A stretch of 64,000 nucleotides of DNA from an uncultured Chloroflexia bacterium (GCA_963720495.1 CAVRFU010000013.1:154790-218789); one strand, 5' to 3'; shown: positions 18,912 to 29,063, counted from the first letter of the stretch. Numbers and translations are program-made. The notes: a model not told the origin generated them from the sequence alone.

Positions 18912-20578
18912 ATGACACGACAGAGGACACGGATGCTGCACCTCCGGGGGAACAGGGAGCGCGAGCGAGGACAGATCGTCGTCCTCTTCGCGCTCGTGCT
19001 GGTCGTCATCCTGGCGTTCACGTCGCTCGTCATCGATATCGGGCTGCTGCGGAACAACCGCCAGACGCTGGTCAACAGCCTCGACTCCGCCGCCCTGGCC
19101 GGTGGCACGCTGCTGCCGGTGGACGGCTCCATCCCGGGCGACGCGGCCAAGATCGACGGACTCATCACCTCGACGATCCAGGCCAACTACCCGGGGCTCC
19201 CGAGCTCCGCGTACACGATCAGCTACAAGTGCCTGATCGGGGTCGACACCTCGACTCCGGCGAAGCCGTACATCTCGCGAGACGTGCCGCTCGTGTGCGA
19301 CCCGCACTTCTCGCTGGGCCACAATCCGCCGGTCGCGTCCGACTTCGCTGGCTCGGGCCCGACCCGCTTCTCGTCCTGCGACCCCGCCGTCGGCGACCGC
19401 TGCAACGCGGTCCTGATCGCGGGCGCCGCCAACACGCCGTTCAGCTTCGGTCGCGTGGTCGGGGTCAACCAGGGCTCCACCGGGCTCGTGGTCTCCGCCG
19501 CGTGCAACGGCCCGTGCGGCACTGCACCGTCCAGCCCGGTCGACGTCGTCCTCGTCATCGACCGCACCAGCAGCATGAACGGCACGGACACGACCAACGC
19601 GAAGGCCGCCGCCAACTCCCTCGTCGGCGTCTACGACCCGGCCCAGCAGTGGCTGGCGCTCGGGACCCTCGGCCCGTCCACGACGTCCGGCGGCTGCGTG
19701 GCCGGAGCGGCCGGCTCGATCGGCACCGCGACGGCGCCGGCCGACCTGCGGCGCTGGGTCCCCGTGGGGCTGAGCGGTGTCGGCTCGTCCGTGTCCTCGA
19801 CCTACGCGAACATCAGCGCGGCGATCACGTGCTATCCGAACTCGAGCACCGGGACGGACCTCGCCGACCCGATGACCATGGCCGCGTGGGAGCTGACCCA
19901 CAACGGGCGCACCGGCGTCCGCAAGGGCATCATCTTCGAGACCGACGGCCAGCCGAACGCCGCCGTCGGGGCAGGCCCGAACTACTGCGCCTGGCGAGCG
20001 CCGCGGCGACCGCGGCCAAGGCCCAGAACATCGAGGTCTTCACGATCGGCTTCGGCCTCGACGCGGCGAGCGGCGGCGATCCCGCCTGCCCGGACACGTC
20101 GGGCGCCTGGGCGGGCAAGACCGCGACGGCCCTGCTCGACAACATGGCCACCCAGCCCAAGGTCGGCACGACCGACGTGCGATGACACCGAGAACAACGA
20201 CGACGACCACTTCTTCTGCATCGGCAAGACCGGCGCGTCGACCGACCTCTCGAAGATCTTCAAGGCCGCCGCGACGCAGCTGGCCAAGGGCAAGTCGCAC
20301 CTCGTCAACCTCTACCCGATCCCGGTGGTCACGGCGGTCAGCCCGTCGAGCGGCTCGCACAACGGCGGGACGACCGTGACGGTTTCCGGCTCGTTCTTCA
20401 CCGGGCGCGACGACGGTCACCTTCAACGGCACGTCGCGTCCCGTTCACTGTCGTCAACGACACGACGATCACGGTGACGGCACCCTCCGGAGCGACTGGC
20501 ACGACGGTCGACATCTACGTGACGACGCCGGGCGGGACCACCAGCCAGGTCAGCGGGGACCGCTTCACCTACACCTGA
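18912..20578 (+). CDS. TadG-like protein with vWA domain and C-terminal IPT/TIG domain; four frame breaks (~19990, ~20180, ~20405, ~20440)
   Basis: RGQIVVLFALVLVVILAFTSLVIDIG. MIDAS-like VDVVLVIDRTSSM. IIFETDGQPN, NIEVFTIGFG. IPT-like PVVTAVSPSSGSHNGGTTVTVSGSFFTG...VTFNGTS...TVVNDTTITVTAPSGATGTVDIYVTTPGGTTS. Final stop 20576-20578. Confidence 0.75.
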
Positions 20579-20619
20579 TCCCCGGGCACGCCGACGCCGG
20601 GCGGCGCTGACCACGTGCC

Positions 20620-20625
20620 TATACT
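20620..20625 (+). promoter_or_regulatory. putative -10 box TATACT, 7 nt before ATG 20633 (leaderless)
   Basis: TAnnnT hexamer, no RBS. Confidence 0.4.
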
Positions 20626-20632
20626 CGCGACC

Positions 20633-21406
20633 ATGCTCACTGGCTCGGCGTCGGGCAGCCACCGGCACACGGCGCCACGGATCCTGCTCGTGGACGACGA
20701 CCGGGGACTGCTCGCCCCGCTCGCCGAGCAGCTCCGGCTGGACGGCTTCGACGTCACGACCGCGCGCGACGGCGAGGAGGCCCTGCGGCGGCTCGACCAC
20801 GGCTGGCCGGACCTGCTGATCATCGACCTGCTGATGCCGCGCATGGACGGGCTGACGCTCGCGCGCGAGGTCAAGGCCCGGGCGGACCTGCCGATCATCG
20901 TGCTGTCGGCGATCGATGCCGGCGACAACAAGGCCGACCTCCTCGACGAGTTCGCCGAGGACTACATCACCAAGCCCTACCACTACTCGGAGCTGCGAGC
21001 GCGGATCCAGCGGGTCCTGCGGCGGGTCGGCGAGCGGGTGCCGCGGAAGGGCCTCGACCTCGGGCCGGACCTCATCCTCGAGCTCCACCGGCGTCAGGCG
21101 ATCGTCCGCGGCGAGGCCGTCCAGCTGACCCCGACCGAGTCACGTCTCCTCTTCGCCCTCGCCGCCAACCTCGGCCAGACGGTCACGACGGACACGCTGA
21201 TGGTCCGCGGGTGGGCGGAGACGGACGACGCCGAACCGTCCTACGTGTGGGTCACCATGCGGCGCCTGCGGCAGAAGCTCGAGGCCGATCCCAACCATCC
21301 GCGCCACCTGCTGACCGTCCGCGGCATCGGCTACCGGCTGGTCGCCACCCCGGCCGCCCCCGCCGCCGCATCCGCTGCCGAGAGCCCCGCCGACCTCGAC
21401 CGATGA
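20633..21406 (+). CDS. OmpR-family response regulator
   Basis: RILLVDDD, DLLIIDLLMPRMDG, winged-helix LTPTESRLLFAL...TVRGIGYRL. Stop overlaps the kinase start (ATGA). Confidence 0.9.
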   Translation: MLTGSASGSHRHTAPRILLVDDDRGLLAPLAEQLRLDGFDVTTARDGEEALRRLDHGWPDLLIIDLLMPRMDGLTLAREVKARADLPIIVLSAIDAGDNKADLLDEFAEDYITKPYHYSELRARIQRVLRRVGERVPRKGLDLGPDLILELHRRQAIVRGEAVQLTPTESRLLFALAANLGQTVTTDTLMVRGWAETDDAEPSYVWVTMRRLRQKLEADPNHPRHLLTVRGIGYRLVATPAAPAAASAAESPADLDR

Positions 21407-22821
21407 CCGGACCCGCCGAACCAGCCGCCACGCGCGGTGGCAGGCTGTCGTTCCAGACGCGGCTGACGCTGACGCTGCTCGCCGCCTCGCTCGTCCCGCT
21501 CGGTGTCTTCGGCCTCCTGCTCATCGTGACCGGCGCGGTCGATCCCGACATCGGGACGCGCCTCCTGCTGTTCATGTTCGCCGTCGCGGTCGTCGTCGGG
21601 ATCCTGGGCGGGGCCGCGGTCGGGCTGGACCTGGTCCGGCCGCTCCGCGAGATCTCGGCCGCGGTGTCGCGCGTCTCGGCGGGCGACATGAGCCAGCCGA
21701 TCCCGGTCGTGGGGACCGATGTCCTCGCCCAACTGGCCGAGAGCCACAACCGCCTGGCCGCCGACGCCGAGCGTCGCAACCGACAGCTCGGGTCGATCCT
21801 GGCGGCAGTCGAATCGGCGGAGCCGCGGGACGGCGTCGAGGCGATGGCCGAGCGGGCCGCCCGCGATGCCGAGTCGGCATTCGGGTTCATCGCAGCCGTG
21901 GTCCTCTTCGTCGACCCCGACTCGATGGAGCCCGAGGAGCGCATCCCGGGCGTGTCGGTGCCGATCCGGGCCGAGCTGCGCGCCGGCGACGAACGGATGG
22001 GCCTCATCCTCGCCAGCCTGCCGGCGACGCGCGATTGGGAGCGGGCCGACCAGACGCTCCTCGACCTGTACGCCAGCGAGATCGGGGTCGCCATCCGGAA
22101 CGCTGAGCTGTTCAGCCAGGTCGAGGACCAGAACCGCCAGCTGCGACACCTGAGCGAGGTGAAGGACGACTTCCTCCGCGGGGTCAGCCACAACCTCCAG
22201 ACGCCGCTGACGTCGATCCGGGCCAACGCCGACGCGCTCGGCGTCGACGATCACGATCCGCGTCTCCGGGTCATCTCCGAGCAGGCGGACCGCCTGTCCC
22301 GGATGGTCCAGCAGCTGCTCCTCGTCGGCCGGCTCGAGTCGCAACCGCCCCGGACGACCGCGGACGTCCTGGCAGTCGCGCCGCGGATCCAGCGCGCCTG
22401 GGACGCGCTCGCGGTCAGGGATCGGTCACTGTCGCTCCGCGACGAGGCTCCGGACTGGCTCGCCGTGGCCGACGGCGACCAGCTCGACCAGGTGCTCTGG
22501 GCGCTGCTCGACAACGCCGTCAAGTACGGCGGGGGCACGGTCGACGTCGCGGTCGGGGCCGACCCCGAGACACGGACGGTCTGGGCGACGATCGCCGACC
22601 AGGGCCACGGGCTGGAGGAGTCGGACCGCGCCTGGCTGTTCGGGCGGTTCGAGCGCGGGGCCGCGGGCCGGACCAGCGGCAACGGCAGCGGGCTGGGGCT
22701 GTACGTGTCACGAGCCCTCATGCGCGGGATGGGCGGCGATCTCGTGCTCGACCCGGTCGAGCCCGGCCACGGGGCGACCTTCCGGCTGACCCTGCCGGGC
22801 GAGCCGCCTGCCGAGGGCTGA
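21403..22821 (+). CDS. sensor histidine kinase (two TM, HAMP, GAF-like, HisKA, HATPase)
   Basis: HAMP LVRPLREISAAVSRVSAGDM. H-box EVKDDFLRGVSHNLQTPLTSI. N/G boxes LLDNAVKYG, DQGHGL, GSGLGLYV. Confidence 0.9.
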   Translation: MTGPAEPAATRGGRLSFQTRLTLTLLAASLVPLGVFGLLLIVTGAVDPDIGTRLLLFMFAVAVVVGILGGAAVGLDLVRPLREISAAVSRVSAGDMSQPIPVVGTDVLAQLAESHNRLAADAERRNRQLGSILAAVESAEPRDGVEAMAERAARDAESAFGFIAAVVLFVDPDSMEPEERIPGVSVPIRAELRAGDERMGLILASLPATRDWERADQTLLDLYASEIGVAIRNAELFSQVEDQNRQLRHLSEVKDDFLRGVSHNLQTPLTSIRANADALGVDDHDPRLRVISEQADRLSRMVQQLLLVGRLESQPPRTTADVLAVAPRIQRAWDALAVRDRSLSLRDEAPDWLAVADGDQLDQVLWALLDNAVKYGGGTVDVAVGADPETRTVWATIADQGHGLEESDRAWLFGRFERGAAGRTSGNGSGLGLYVSRALMRGMGGDLVLDPVEPGHGATFRLTLPGEPPAEG

Positions 22822-22963
22822 GAAACGACGAATCTGTCGCCGCGACGCACCGGAGGATGCGGTTCCGGGACCAATGGTGGGTCCCAATAGGCAGTCGGCG
22901 GCGTACCTTTCGGCGTGGGGAAGGCGCGCTGACGCCGACCCACGCGCCACGGGGGACAAACCG

Positions 22964-24003
22964 GTGATCCAGGAACCCATCCAGCCGACATCGTCGCCCG
23001 ATCCGGCCGCGCGCAACGGCGCAGGCACGCGGCGCGACACGCTGCTGCTGGTCGGCCTCATGATCGCCGTCCTGATCGCCACGTCCGTCGCGATCGCCGT
23101 CGGCGCCCGCAGCCAGGACTCGGACCGGACGCTGGCGGCCGGCGCGTCGGCCGCACCGCCGACATCGGCGGCGCCCGACGACAAGAACGACGGTCAGCAC
23201 GCGGACAAGAAGCCGAAGGCCGCGAAGGGATTCGCGTTCCAGGGCGGCGGACCGGGCCGGGGGGGATCACCATCAAGGCGATCGACGGGAACCAGCTGTC
23301 GCTGGCGACCCCGGACGGCTGGACGCGGACGATCTCGGTGACGTCGACGACGACCATCACCAAGGGTGGTCAGACGATCGCTGTCACGGCGCTCAAGGTC
23401 GGCGACGAGGTCCGGCTCCGCCAGGTCCGCAACGCGGACGGGTCGTACACGGTCACGGCGATCACGGTCCCCACGGCCCAGCTGGGCGGTGAGGTCACGG
23501 CCGTCGCCGGCACGACGATCACCGTCAAGGGCAAGCGGGATGCAGCGCGGGTCATCACCGTCAACGCGTCCACGGTCTACAAGCTCGGCTCGGCGGCCGT
23601 CTCCAAGGCCGACGTGAAGGTCGGGTCCGATGTCACCGCCGCGGGCACCCTCGATGGCGACACCTTCACCGCGATCACCGTCTGGATCGCGCGTCCGTCC
23701 GTTGCGGGCGAGGTGACCGGCAAGACCGCCGACACGATCACGGTCAAGCGCAAGGACGGCTCGACGGCCACGATCCACGTCTCGTCGACCACGACCTACG
23801 CGACCCGCGGCGACAAGACCGCGTCGCTGGCGGACATCGCGGTCGGCAGCCGGGTGACCGCGGTCGGGACCCTGCGGACGGATGGCTCGCTCGATGCCGC
23901 GAGCGTGCTCGGCAAGCCGGTGAAACCGGCCAAGCCGACGAAGCCGTCCACCAAGAAGCCGAACGCGAGCTCGGCGCCGACGACGAGCGCGGCTCCGGGC
24001 TGA
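22964..24003 (+). CDS. membrane-anchored DUF5666-like beta-repeat protein; frame break in a G7 run (23259-23265)
   Basis: TM LLLVGLMIAVLIATSVAIAV. Repeated units ITIKAIDGNQLSLATPDGWTRTISVTSTTTITK, TITVKGKRDAARVITVNASTVYK, TITVKRKDGSTATIHVSSTTTY. GTG 22964 start is tentative. Confidence 0.7.
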
Positions 24004-24044
24004 GCGAAGACCATCGGGTCCATGGCGACCGACCTCATCACCGA

Positions 24045-24050
24045 TACAAT
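24045..24050 (+). promoter_or_regulatory. putative -10 box TACAAT, 6 nt before ATG 24057 (leaderless)
   Basis: TACAATCGGG..ATG. The same TACAATCGGG string occurs before the gene at 25866. Confidence 0.45.
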
Positions 24051-24056
24051 CGGGTC

Positions 24057-24671
24057 ATGGCCTGGGAAGAGCTCGACGCGCCGGCCCCGCCGGCCGTCGA
24101 TGAGTCGGTCGAGATCGTCGGCACGCACCTGCGGTTGACGGGCTCTGTCAGCCTGGGCCGGTTCAACCGGTTGACGGACATGGTCAATGCAACGGCCGGG
24201 TACCTCCGGATCCGCGATGCGCGACTGCTCCAGCGGAACGGCGAGCCGACGTCGCTCGTCTTCGACGAGATCATGGTCGACCACGACGAGATCTCGTTCA
24301 TCGCCCAGCGAGCGCCACATCAACCCACCGGAAGCGGGACCTTCGACTCGGGTTTCAGTGAACCCGGCCTGGAGCGGACCGCACGAGCGTTCGTGATGTT
24401 CACCCCGGGCCACACCGTGAGCGGCAGAGTCCACGTGTTCGGGCAGACAGACCTCGGGGCCTTCGTCGACTCGACCGACCCGCGCTACGTGCCGGTCATC
24501 GAGGTCTCGACCCGTTCCCTCGCGGACCGCCGGATCGTCAGCCACTACCCGTTCGTCCTGATCAATCGCACGCAGATGATCGCGGCCGCGGAGGCGGGCG
24601 GCGCGGACGGCGCGGAGCCCGATGCGAGCGGTGACGAAGGCATCCCGGCCGAGGCCGTCGGGGAGCAGTAG
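24057..24671 (+). CDS. hypothetical protein (204 aa) with apparent two-fold internal repeat
   Basis: Uninterrupted GC3-rich ORF. No family recognised. Confidence 0.65.
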   Translation: MAWEELDAPAPPAVDESVEIVGTHLRLTGSVSLGRFNRLTDMVNATAGYLRIRDARLLQRNGEPTSLVFDEIMVDHDEISFIAQRAPHQPTGSGTFDSGFSEPGLERTARAFVMFTPGHTVSGRVHVFGQTDLGAFVDSTDPRYVPVIEVSTRSLADRRIVSHYPFVLINRTQMIAAAEAGGADGAEPDASGDEGIPAEAVGEQ

Positions 24672-24811
24672 CCCGTTCCACTCGAAGGTACTGCCGCTCG
24701 TGGGCCATTCGGTCCGTCGCGGCGACGCACCACGCCATCGACCATGCCCGAGCAGGACTTTTCTTCGTCTCGCTTTGTATCGCGAGCGGGTCCACCACGG
24801 AAAGGGCACAG

Positions 24812-25765
24812 ATGGCCTCATTCCCGACTCCGGTCGCCAGGTTCCGAAAGCCGGCGGCTCTCCTCATCGCCGGGGCGCTTGCCCTGAGCCTGTCCGGGGC
24901 TGTGGGCGCCGCCACGCCGCCCGACGGCAACCTGATCAAGGCCTGCGTCGACAAGACGACGAAGGTCACGCGCGTCACGATCTACGCCAGCCCGACCTGG
25001 TGCAAGTCCACCGAGTCGTACAAGTTCTGGAGCAGGACCGGCCCCGTCGGGCCGAAGGGCACGACCGGCAACACCGGAGCCCCAGGCGCTCCAGGAGCCC
25101 CCGGCGCCAAGGGCGATCCGGGCGCCAAGGGCGACCAGGGCCCTCAGGGCCTGCAGGGCGACCAGGGCGACCAGGGCCTGCCGGGCGACAAGGGCGACAA
25201 GGGCGACCAGGGCGACCAGGGCCTCCAGGGCCTGCAGGGCGACCAGGGCCTCCAGGGCCTCCGGGCCTCCAGGGCGACCAGGGCGACCAGGGCCTCCGGG
25301 CTGCCAGGGCGACCAGGGCGCTCCAGGGCCTGCCGGGCGACCAGGGCTCCAGGGCGCTCCGGGCGCCAGGGCGATCCAGGGCGCAGCGCAGGGCGATCCG
25401 GGCGATCCGGGCGCCAAGGGCGACCAGGGTGATCCGGGCGCCGGGTGCCAAGGGCGACCAGGGCGACAAGGGCGACAAGGGCGACAAGGGCGACACCGGC
25501 AACGGCGCCGCGGGCTCCTGATCATCACCGGCTCGTCGAGCGCGAGCGGCAGTGCTGCCGTGACCGTGACCGCGACGTGCACGGGTGGCCGACAGGTCGT
25601 CGGTGGTGGCATGGAAGTCGTGTCCCACACGGGCGATGGCCCAGCGCTCCTGGCCAGCTACCCCGTCGTCCTCCTCGGTCTGGACGGTCAAGGCTGACGC
25701 TGTCTTCAAGACGACCGCACTTCTCGATCCGGGCATACGCGATCTGCCTCAACGCAGCACCGTAG
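24812..25765 (+). CDS. secreted collagen-like (Gly-X-Y) repeat protein with Cys-containing C-terminal globular domain; many frame breaks inside and after the repeats
   Basis: Signal peptide [80 protein letters not shown]... continuing in other frames to [14 protein letters not shown]-terminal pieces [53 protein letters not shown]. Confidence 0.7.
25040..25518 (+). repeat. collagen-type GGN-NNN-NNN triplet repeat tract (GGCGACCAGGGC-like units)
   Basis: Visible reiteration of ggcgaccagggc / ggcctccagggc / ggcgacaagggc units. Confidence 0.85.
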
Positions 25766-25795
25766 TCCGACGCCTCTAAGGCTCAGTCGCAGAAC

Positions 25796-25830
25796 GAACC
25801 CCGGTGGCATCGCCACCGGGGTTCTTCGTC
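25796..25830 (+). terminator. stem-loop terminator after the collagen-like gene
   Basis: Perfect 12-bp stem GAACCCCGGTGG / CCACCGGGGTTC (25796-25807 / 25813-25824), 5-nt loop, followed by TTCGTC. Confidence 0.55.
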
Positions 25831-25852
25831 GGCGACCACCGCACGCGCCCTC

Positions 25853-25858
25853 TACAAT
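25853..25858 (+). promoter_or_regulatory. putative -10 box TACAAT, 7 nt before ATG 25866 (leaderless)
   Basis: TAnnnT hexamer, no RBS. Confidence 0.45.
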
Positions 25859-25865
25859 CGGGCGC

Positions 25866-26645
25866 ATGTCCATCCCTTCAGGAACGGCTCGCCTCGCGCG
25901 CCTGTCGTACTTCTTCCCGGCCCACAACGAGGAGGCCAACCTCGAGGGCCTGGTCGCCGAGGCGCTCGAGGAGCTGCCGGCGCTGGCCGAGGTGTTCGAG
26001 ATCATCGCGGTCGACGACGGCTCCCGCGACGGCACACCGGGCATCGCGGACGCCCTCGCCGCCGCCCACCCCGACGTCGTCCGCGTCGTCCACCACCCGA
26101 CGAACCTGGGGTACGGCGCGGCCCTTCGATCCGGCTTCGGGGCGGCCCGTTACGAGTACGTGGCCTTCACCGACGGCGACCGCCAGTTCAGGGTCGCCGA
26201 CATCGGTCGGCTGACCGAACGGCTCGCCGCTCCGGACGCCCCGGACGTCGTGGTCGGGTTCCGGATCAAGCGAGCCGACCCGTTCGTGCGGACGCTCTAC
26301 GCGCGGGCCTACCGCCTGGCCAACCGGATCTTCTTCGGCCTGACCGTCACCGACGTCGACTGCGCGTGCAAGCTGTTCCGGCGCGCCTCGCTCGAGGGCG
26401 TGCGGATCGAATCGAGCGGCGCCTTCTTCTCCGCCGAGCTCCTGATCAAGCTGCGGGCCGCGGGCCGGTCGGTGGTCGAGGTCGGCGTGCCGCACTACCC
26501 GCGCACGGCCGGCTCTGCGACCGGCGCCAAGCCGAGCGTCATCCTCAAGGCCGTCCGGGATTTCTGGCTCCTGCGCCTGCGACTGTGGGCGAACCGCTCC
26601 AGGGCGATCCGCCGCGGCGCCCCGATGACGCCGCCCAGGACCTAG
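25866..26645 (+). CDS. GT2 family glycosyltransferase (polyprenol-phosphate glycosyltransferase-like)
   Basis: LSYFFPAHNEEANL, IIAVDDGSRDGT, FTDGDRQF, CACKLFRR. Confidence 0.9.
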   Translation: MSIPSGTARLARLSYFFPAHNEEANLEGLVAEALEELPALAEVFEIIAVDDGSRDGTPGIADALAAAHPDVVRVVHHPTNLGYGAALRSGFGAARYEYVAFTDGDRQFRVADIGRLTERLAAPDAPDVVVGFRIKRADPFVRTLYARAYRLANRIFFGLTVTDVDCACKLFRRASLEGVRIESSGAFFSAELLIKLRAAGRSVVEVGVPHYPRTAGSATGAKPSVILKAVRDFWLLRLRLWANRSRAIRRGAPMTPPRT

Positions 26646-26670
26646 CTCCCGGCGCCGCCCATCGAGGCGG

Positions 26671-27432
26671 TCAGCCCGCGATCGTCGTCTCGAACCCCGG
26701 ATCGACCAGCGTGACCGGTCCGCCGTCGTAGCCGGCCGTGACGCTCGCCACGGTCGCGTCGCGGTCGAAGCCCATCTGCAGGTGGGTGAGGAGCACGCGA
26801 CCCGCGCCCGTCCGACGAGCCAGCGCGGCGACCATGGGTCCGTCCAGGTGTCCCGCCCCGGGTGCCACGGGCCCAGGCCCGAACGACACCTCCGTGAGCA
26901 GCGTGTCGCCCGGCTGGACGAGGCCGTCGATGTCCTCGGCACGGCCGCAGTCCCCGGTATACACGAGGCCCGGCGCACCCGGCCCGGCACCCACGACCGA
27001 CACCCGGAAGCCGTAGCTCGAGTCGGTGTGGGTCACCCGTGCGGTCTCGATGGCGAAGGGCCCGATCTCCTGCCGGCCCTCGGCCAGGGCCTCGACATCC
27101 AGGGCGCCGGCCGTGAACCCGGGCTCATCGTGGAGGGCGTCGAGCCGGGCCGCGAGGTCGGCCGGTCCGAGCACGCGGACGCGACGACGCGGCTGCTCCC
27201 AGCGGAGGTAGTGACGGAGCGGCACCAGGTCGATGAAGTGGTCCGGGTGGAGATGGCTGACCACGACGGCCGCGACGTCGGCAGGATCCATCAGACCCGC
27301 GAGCCGCGGGAACGATCCCTGGCCGAGGTCGAGGAGCAGCGCGGCGCCACCCTGCCGCAGCAGGTACGCCGCCCCCGTTGCGCCCGGTCGGTCCGAGTAA
27401 GCCGGTCCCGCCCCGACGACGTCGAGTCGCAT
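26671..27432 (-). CDS. MBL-fold metallo-hydrolase
   Basis: VVVSHLHPDHFIDL motif. 253 aa, uninterrupted. Confidence 0.85.
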   Translation of the reverse strand: MRLDVVGAGPAYSDRPGATGAAYLLRQGGAALLLDLGQGSFPRLAGLMDPADVAAVVVSHLHPDHFIDLVPLRHYLRWEQPRRRVRVLGPADLAARLDALHDEPGFTAGALDVEALAEGRQEIGPFAIETARVTHTDSSYGFRVSVVGAGPGAPGLVYTGDCGRAEDIDGLVQPGDTLLTEVSFGPGPVAPGAGHLDGPMVAALARRTGAGRVLLTHLQMGFDRDATVASVTAGYDGGPVTLVDPGFETTIAG

Positions 27433-27437
27433 CGACG

Positions 27438-28436
27438 CTATGGCGTCGTCCCGTTGTCTCCCGAGGCCCCCGGGTCGTCCGTCGGCCGGCCATGGTGTCC
27501 GTTGCCCGGCTGGCCGGTCCTGCCCGGCTTCGGCGTCGCCGCCGGCTTGACCGGCTTGTCGGTCGGCTTGCCCTTGGGGGGCTGCGGCGTGGTCGCCGGG
27601 TGCGCGCCCTGGCCTGGCTTGTCCGAGGCGCCGGCACCGGCAGGGGCGCCGGGGTTGCCGTTGCCGGTGTTCGCGCCGTTGCCGTCACCGCCGGGCGTGC
27701 CGTTGCCGGTGCCGCCCGCGGCGCCGTCGCCACCATTGCCACCGCCGCCGGCGCTGCCGTCGTCGCCGGTGAGGCTGTCGAGGACGATCGTGCTGGAGGC
27801 CACCGCCCGGTCGAGCGCGGCCTTGGCCTGGGCCGGGGCGCGATCGGCCAATGCGGTCAGCACCAGGACGTGGCGTGCGAGCGCGGTCTTCAGGGTTTCC
27901 TCGGCGGCCGGGTCGCCGGCGGTGCCGGACCTCGCTTCGGCCAGGATGGAGGCGTAGGCAGACAGCGCAGCCTCCGCTGCACCTTCATCGCCGCTGGCCG
28001 AGGCCCGCTGGATCTCCTCGAGACGCTGCCCGAGGCGCTGCGCCTCGGCCTGCGCCCGTGGCGTCCCGGAGGCCGGGAGGGTGACCATCTCCGCCCAGAG
28101 ACGGGCGCCGTAGAGTGGACCGCCCGCGGTCGAGGCCATCGCCGACCCGGCGACCATCGCCAGCGTCAGGGCCGCCGCCGCGAAGGCGACCGCCGGTCGC
28201 CGCCAGGCCGGACGGCGGGTCCGCTCGAACGGAGCGACCGGGACCCTCGCGGTCGCCGCGGCCGCCTCGGCGGCCATCGCGGTCGACCGCTCCTGGGCCG
28301 CGTCCATGACCGCCGAGCGCATCCGTGCCCGGGCGGCCAGGCTCGGGGACAGCCGGAGGTCCGCGAACGCCTCGATGCGGCGCACGACCTCGGCGTCACT
28401 CCTGCTGGTCAGCTCGAGCATCTCGTCATCCATCAA
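27438..28436 (-). CDS. putative anti-sigma factor / membrane protein with Gly-Asn-Pro-rich tail
   Basis: ATGA overlap with the ECF sigma stop. Single TM AVAFAAAALTLAMVAGSAMA. Helical domain, then GGGGNGGDGAAGGTGNGTPGGDGNGANTGNGNPG. Confidence 0.6.
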   Translation of the reverse strand: MMDDEMLELTSRSDAEVVRRIEAFADLRLSPSLAARARMRSAVMDAAQERSTAMAAEAAAATARVPVAPFERTRRPAWRRPAVAFAAAALTLAMVAGSAMASTAGGPLYGARLWAEMVTLPASGTPRAQAEAQRLGQRLEEIQRASASGDEGAAEAALSAYASILAEARSGTAGDPAAEETLKTALARHVLVLTALADRAPAQAKAALDRAVASSTIVLDSLTGDDGSAGGGGNGGDGAAGGTGNGTPGGDGNGANTGNGNPGAPAGAGASDKPGQGAHPATTPQPPKGKPTDKPVKPAATPKPGRTGQPGNGHHGRPTDDPGASGDNGTTP

Positions 28437-29029
28437 CTGGCCCTCGGGCGCACGGTGGAGCCGGCCGTCTTGGGGACCTCTGGCTCCTCGATCCCGAGCT
28501 GTCGTCGCATCGCGGCGATCGCCCGGAACTGCAATCCGCGGACCGTTCCCTCCTGCTTGCCCATCGCCTCGGCCGCCTCGCGGGCGGACAGGCCGGCGAG
28601 GAAGCGCAGGGCGATGGCGTCTCGTTGGTCATCGGTCAAGGCGGCCATCGCCGTCCCGACCGCTTCGATCTCCTGGCGGATGACCGCCAGCTCTTCGGGC
28701 CCGGCATCGGTGCCGGCTCGATCGGCCGACTGAGCGAGGTCGGCGTGCTCGTGGCTCGTCCTGACGAAATCGATGACGGCGTTCCGTGCCAGGCGGAACA
28801 GCCACCCCCCGAACGGGATCCCCCGGGCCTCGTAGCGAGGCAGGGCTTCCAGGGCCTTGACGAAGATCGCCTGCGTCAGGTCCTCCGCGTCGCTCGGGCG
28901 GCGAACGCGGCTGGCGACGTATCGATAGATCGGCAGGTGGTAGTGATCGAACAAACGACCGAAGGCCGAGGCATCCCCCGCCTGGGCCGACCGCACCAGC
29001 CGCTCGATCGCGGCGTCGTCGAGGGTCAC
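28433..29029 (-). CDS. ECF-type RNA polymerase sigma factor
   Basis: Region 2 (DAEDLTQAIFVKALEAL, GWLFRLARNAVIDF) and region 4 (LTDDQRDAIALRFLAGLSAREAAEAMGKQEGTVRGLQFRA). Confidence 0.9.
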   Translation of the reverse strand: MTLDDAAIERLVRSAQAGDASAFGRLFDHYHLPIYRYVASRVRRPSDAEDLTQAIFVKALEALPRYEARGIPFGGWLFRLARNAVIDFVRTSHEHADLAQSADRAGTDAGPEELAVIRQEIEAVGTAMAALTDDQRDAIALRFLAGLSAREAAEAMGKQEGTVRGLQFRAIAAMRRQLGIEEPEVPKTAGSTVRPRAS

Positions 29030-29063
29030 AACGAACAGCCGGACGTGACGTTAGGCTCGCGAC

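Noticed and set aside
25040-25518. Possible CRISPR or other non-coding repeat array (also 46136-46319)
   Set aside because: The periodicity is 9/12 nt, with no spacers. It translates into Gly-X-Y collagen triplets or Pro-Thr linkers inside genes. No cas genes are present.
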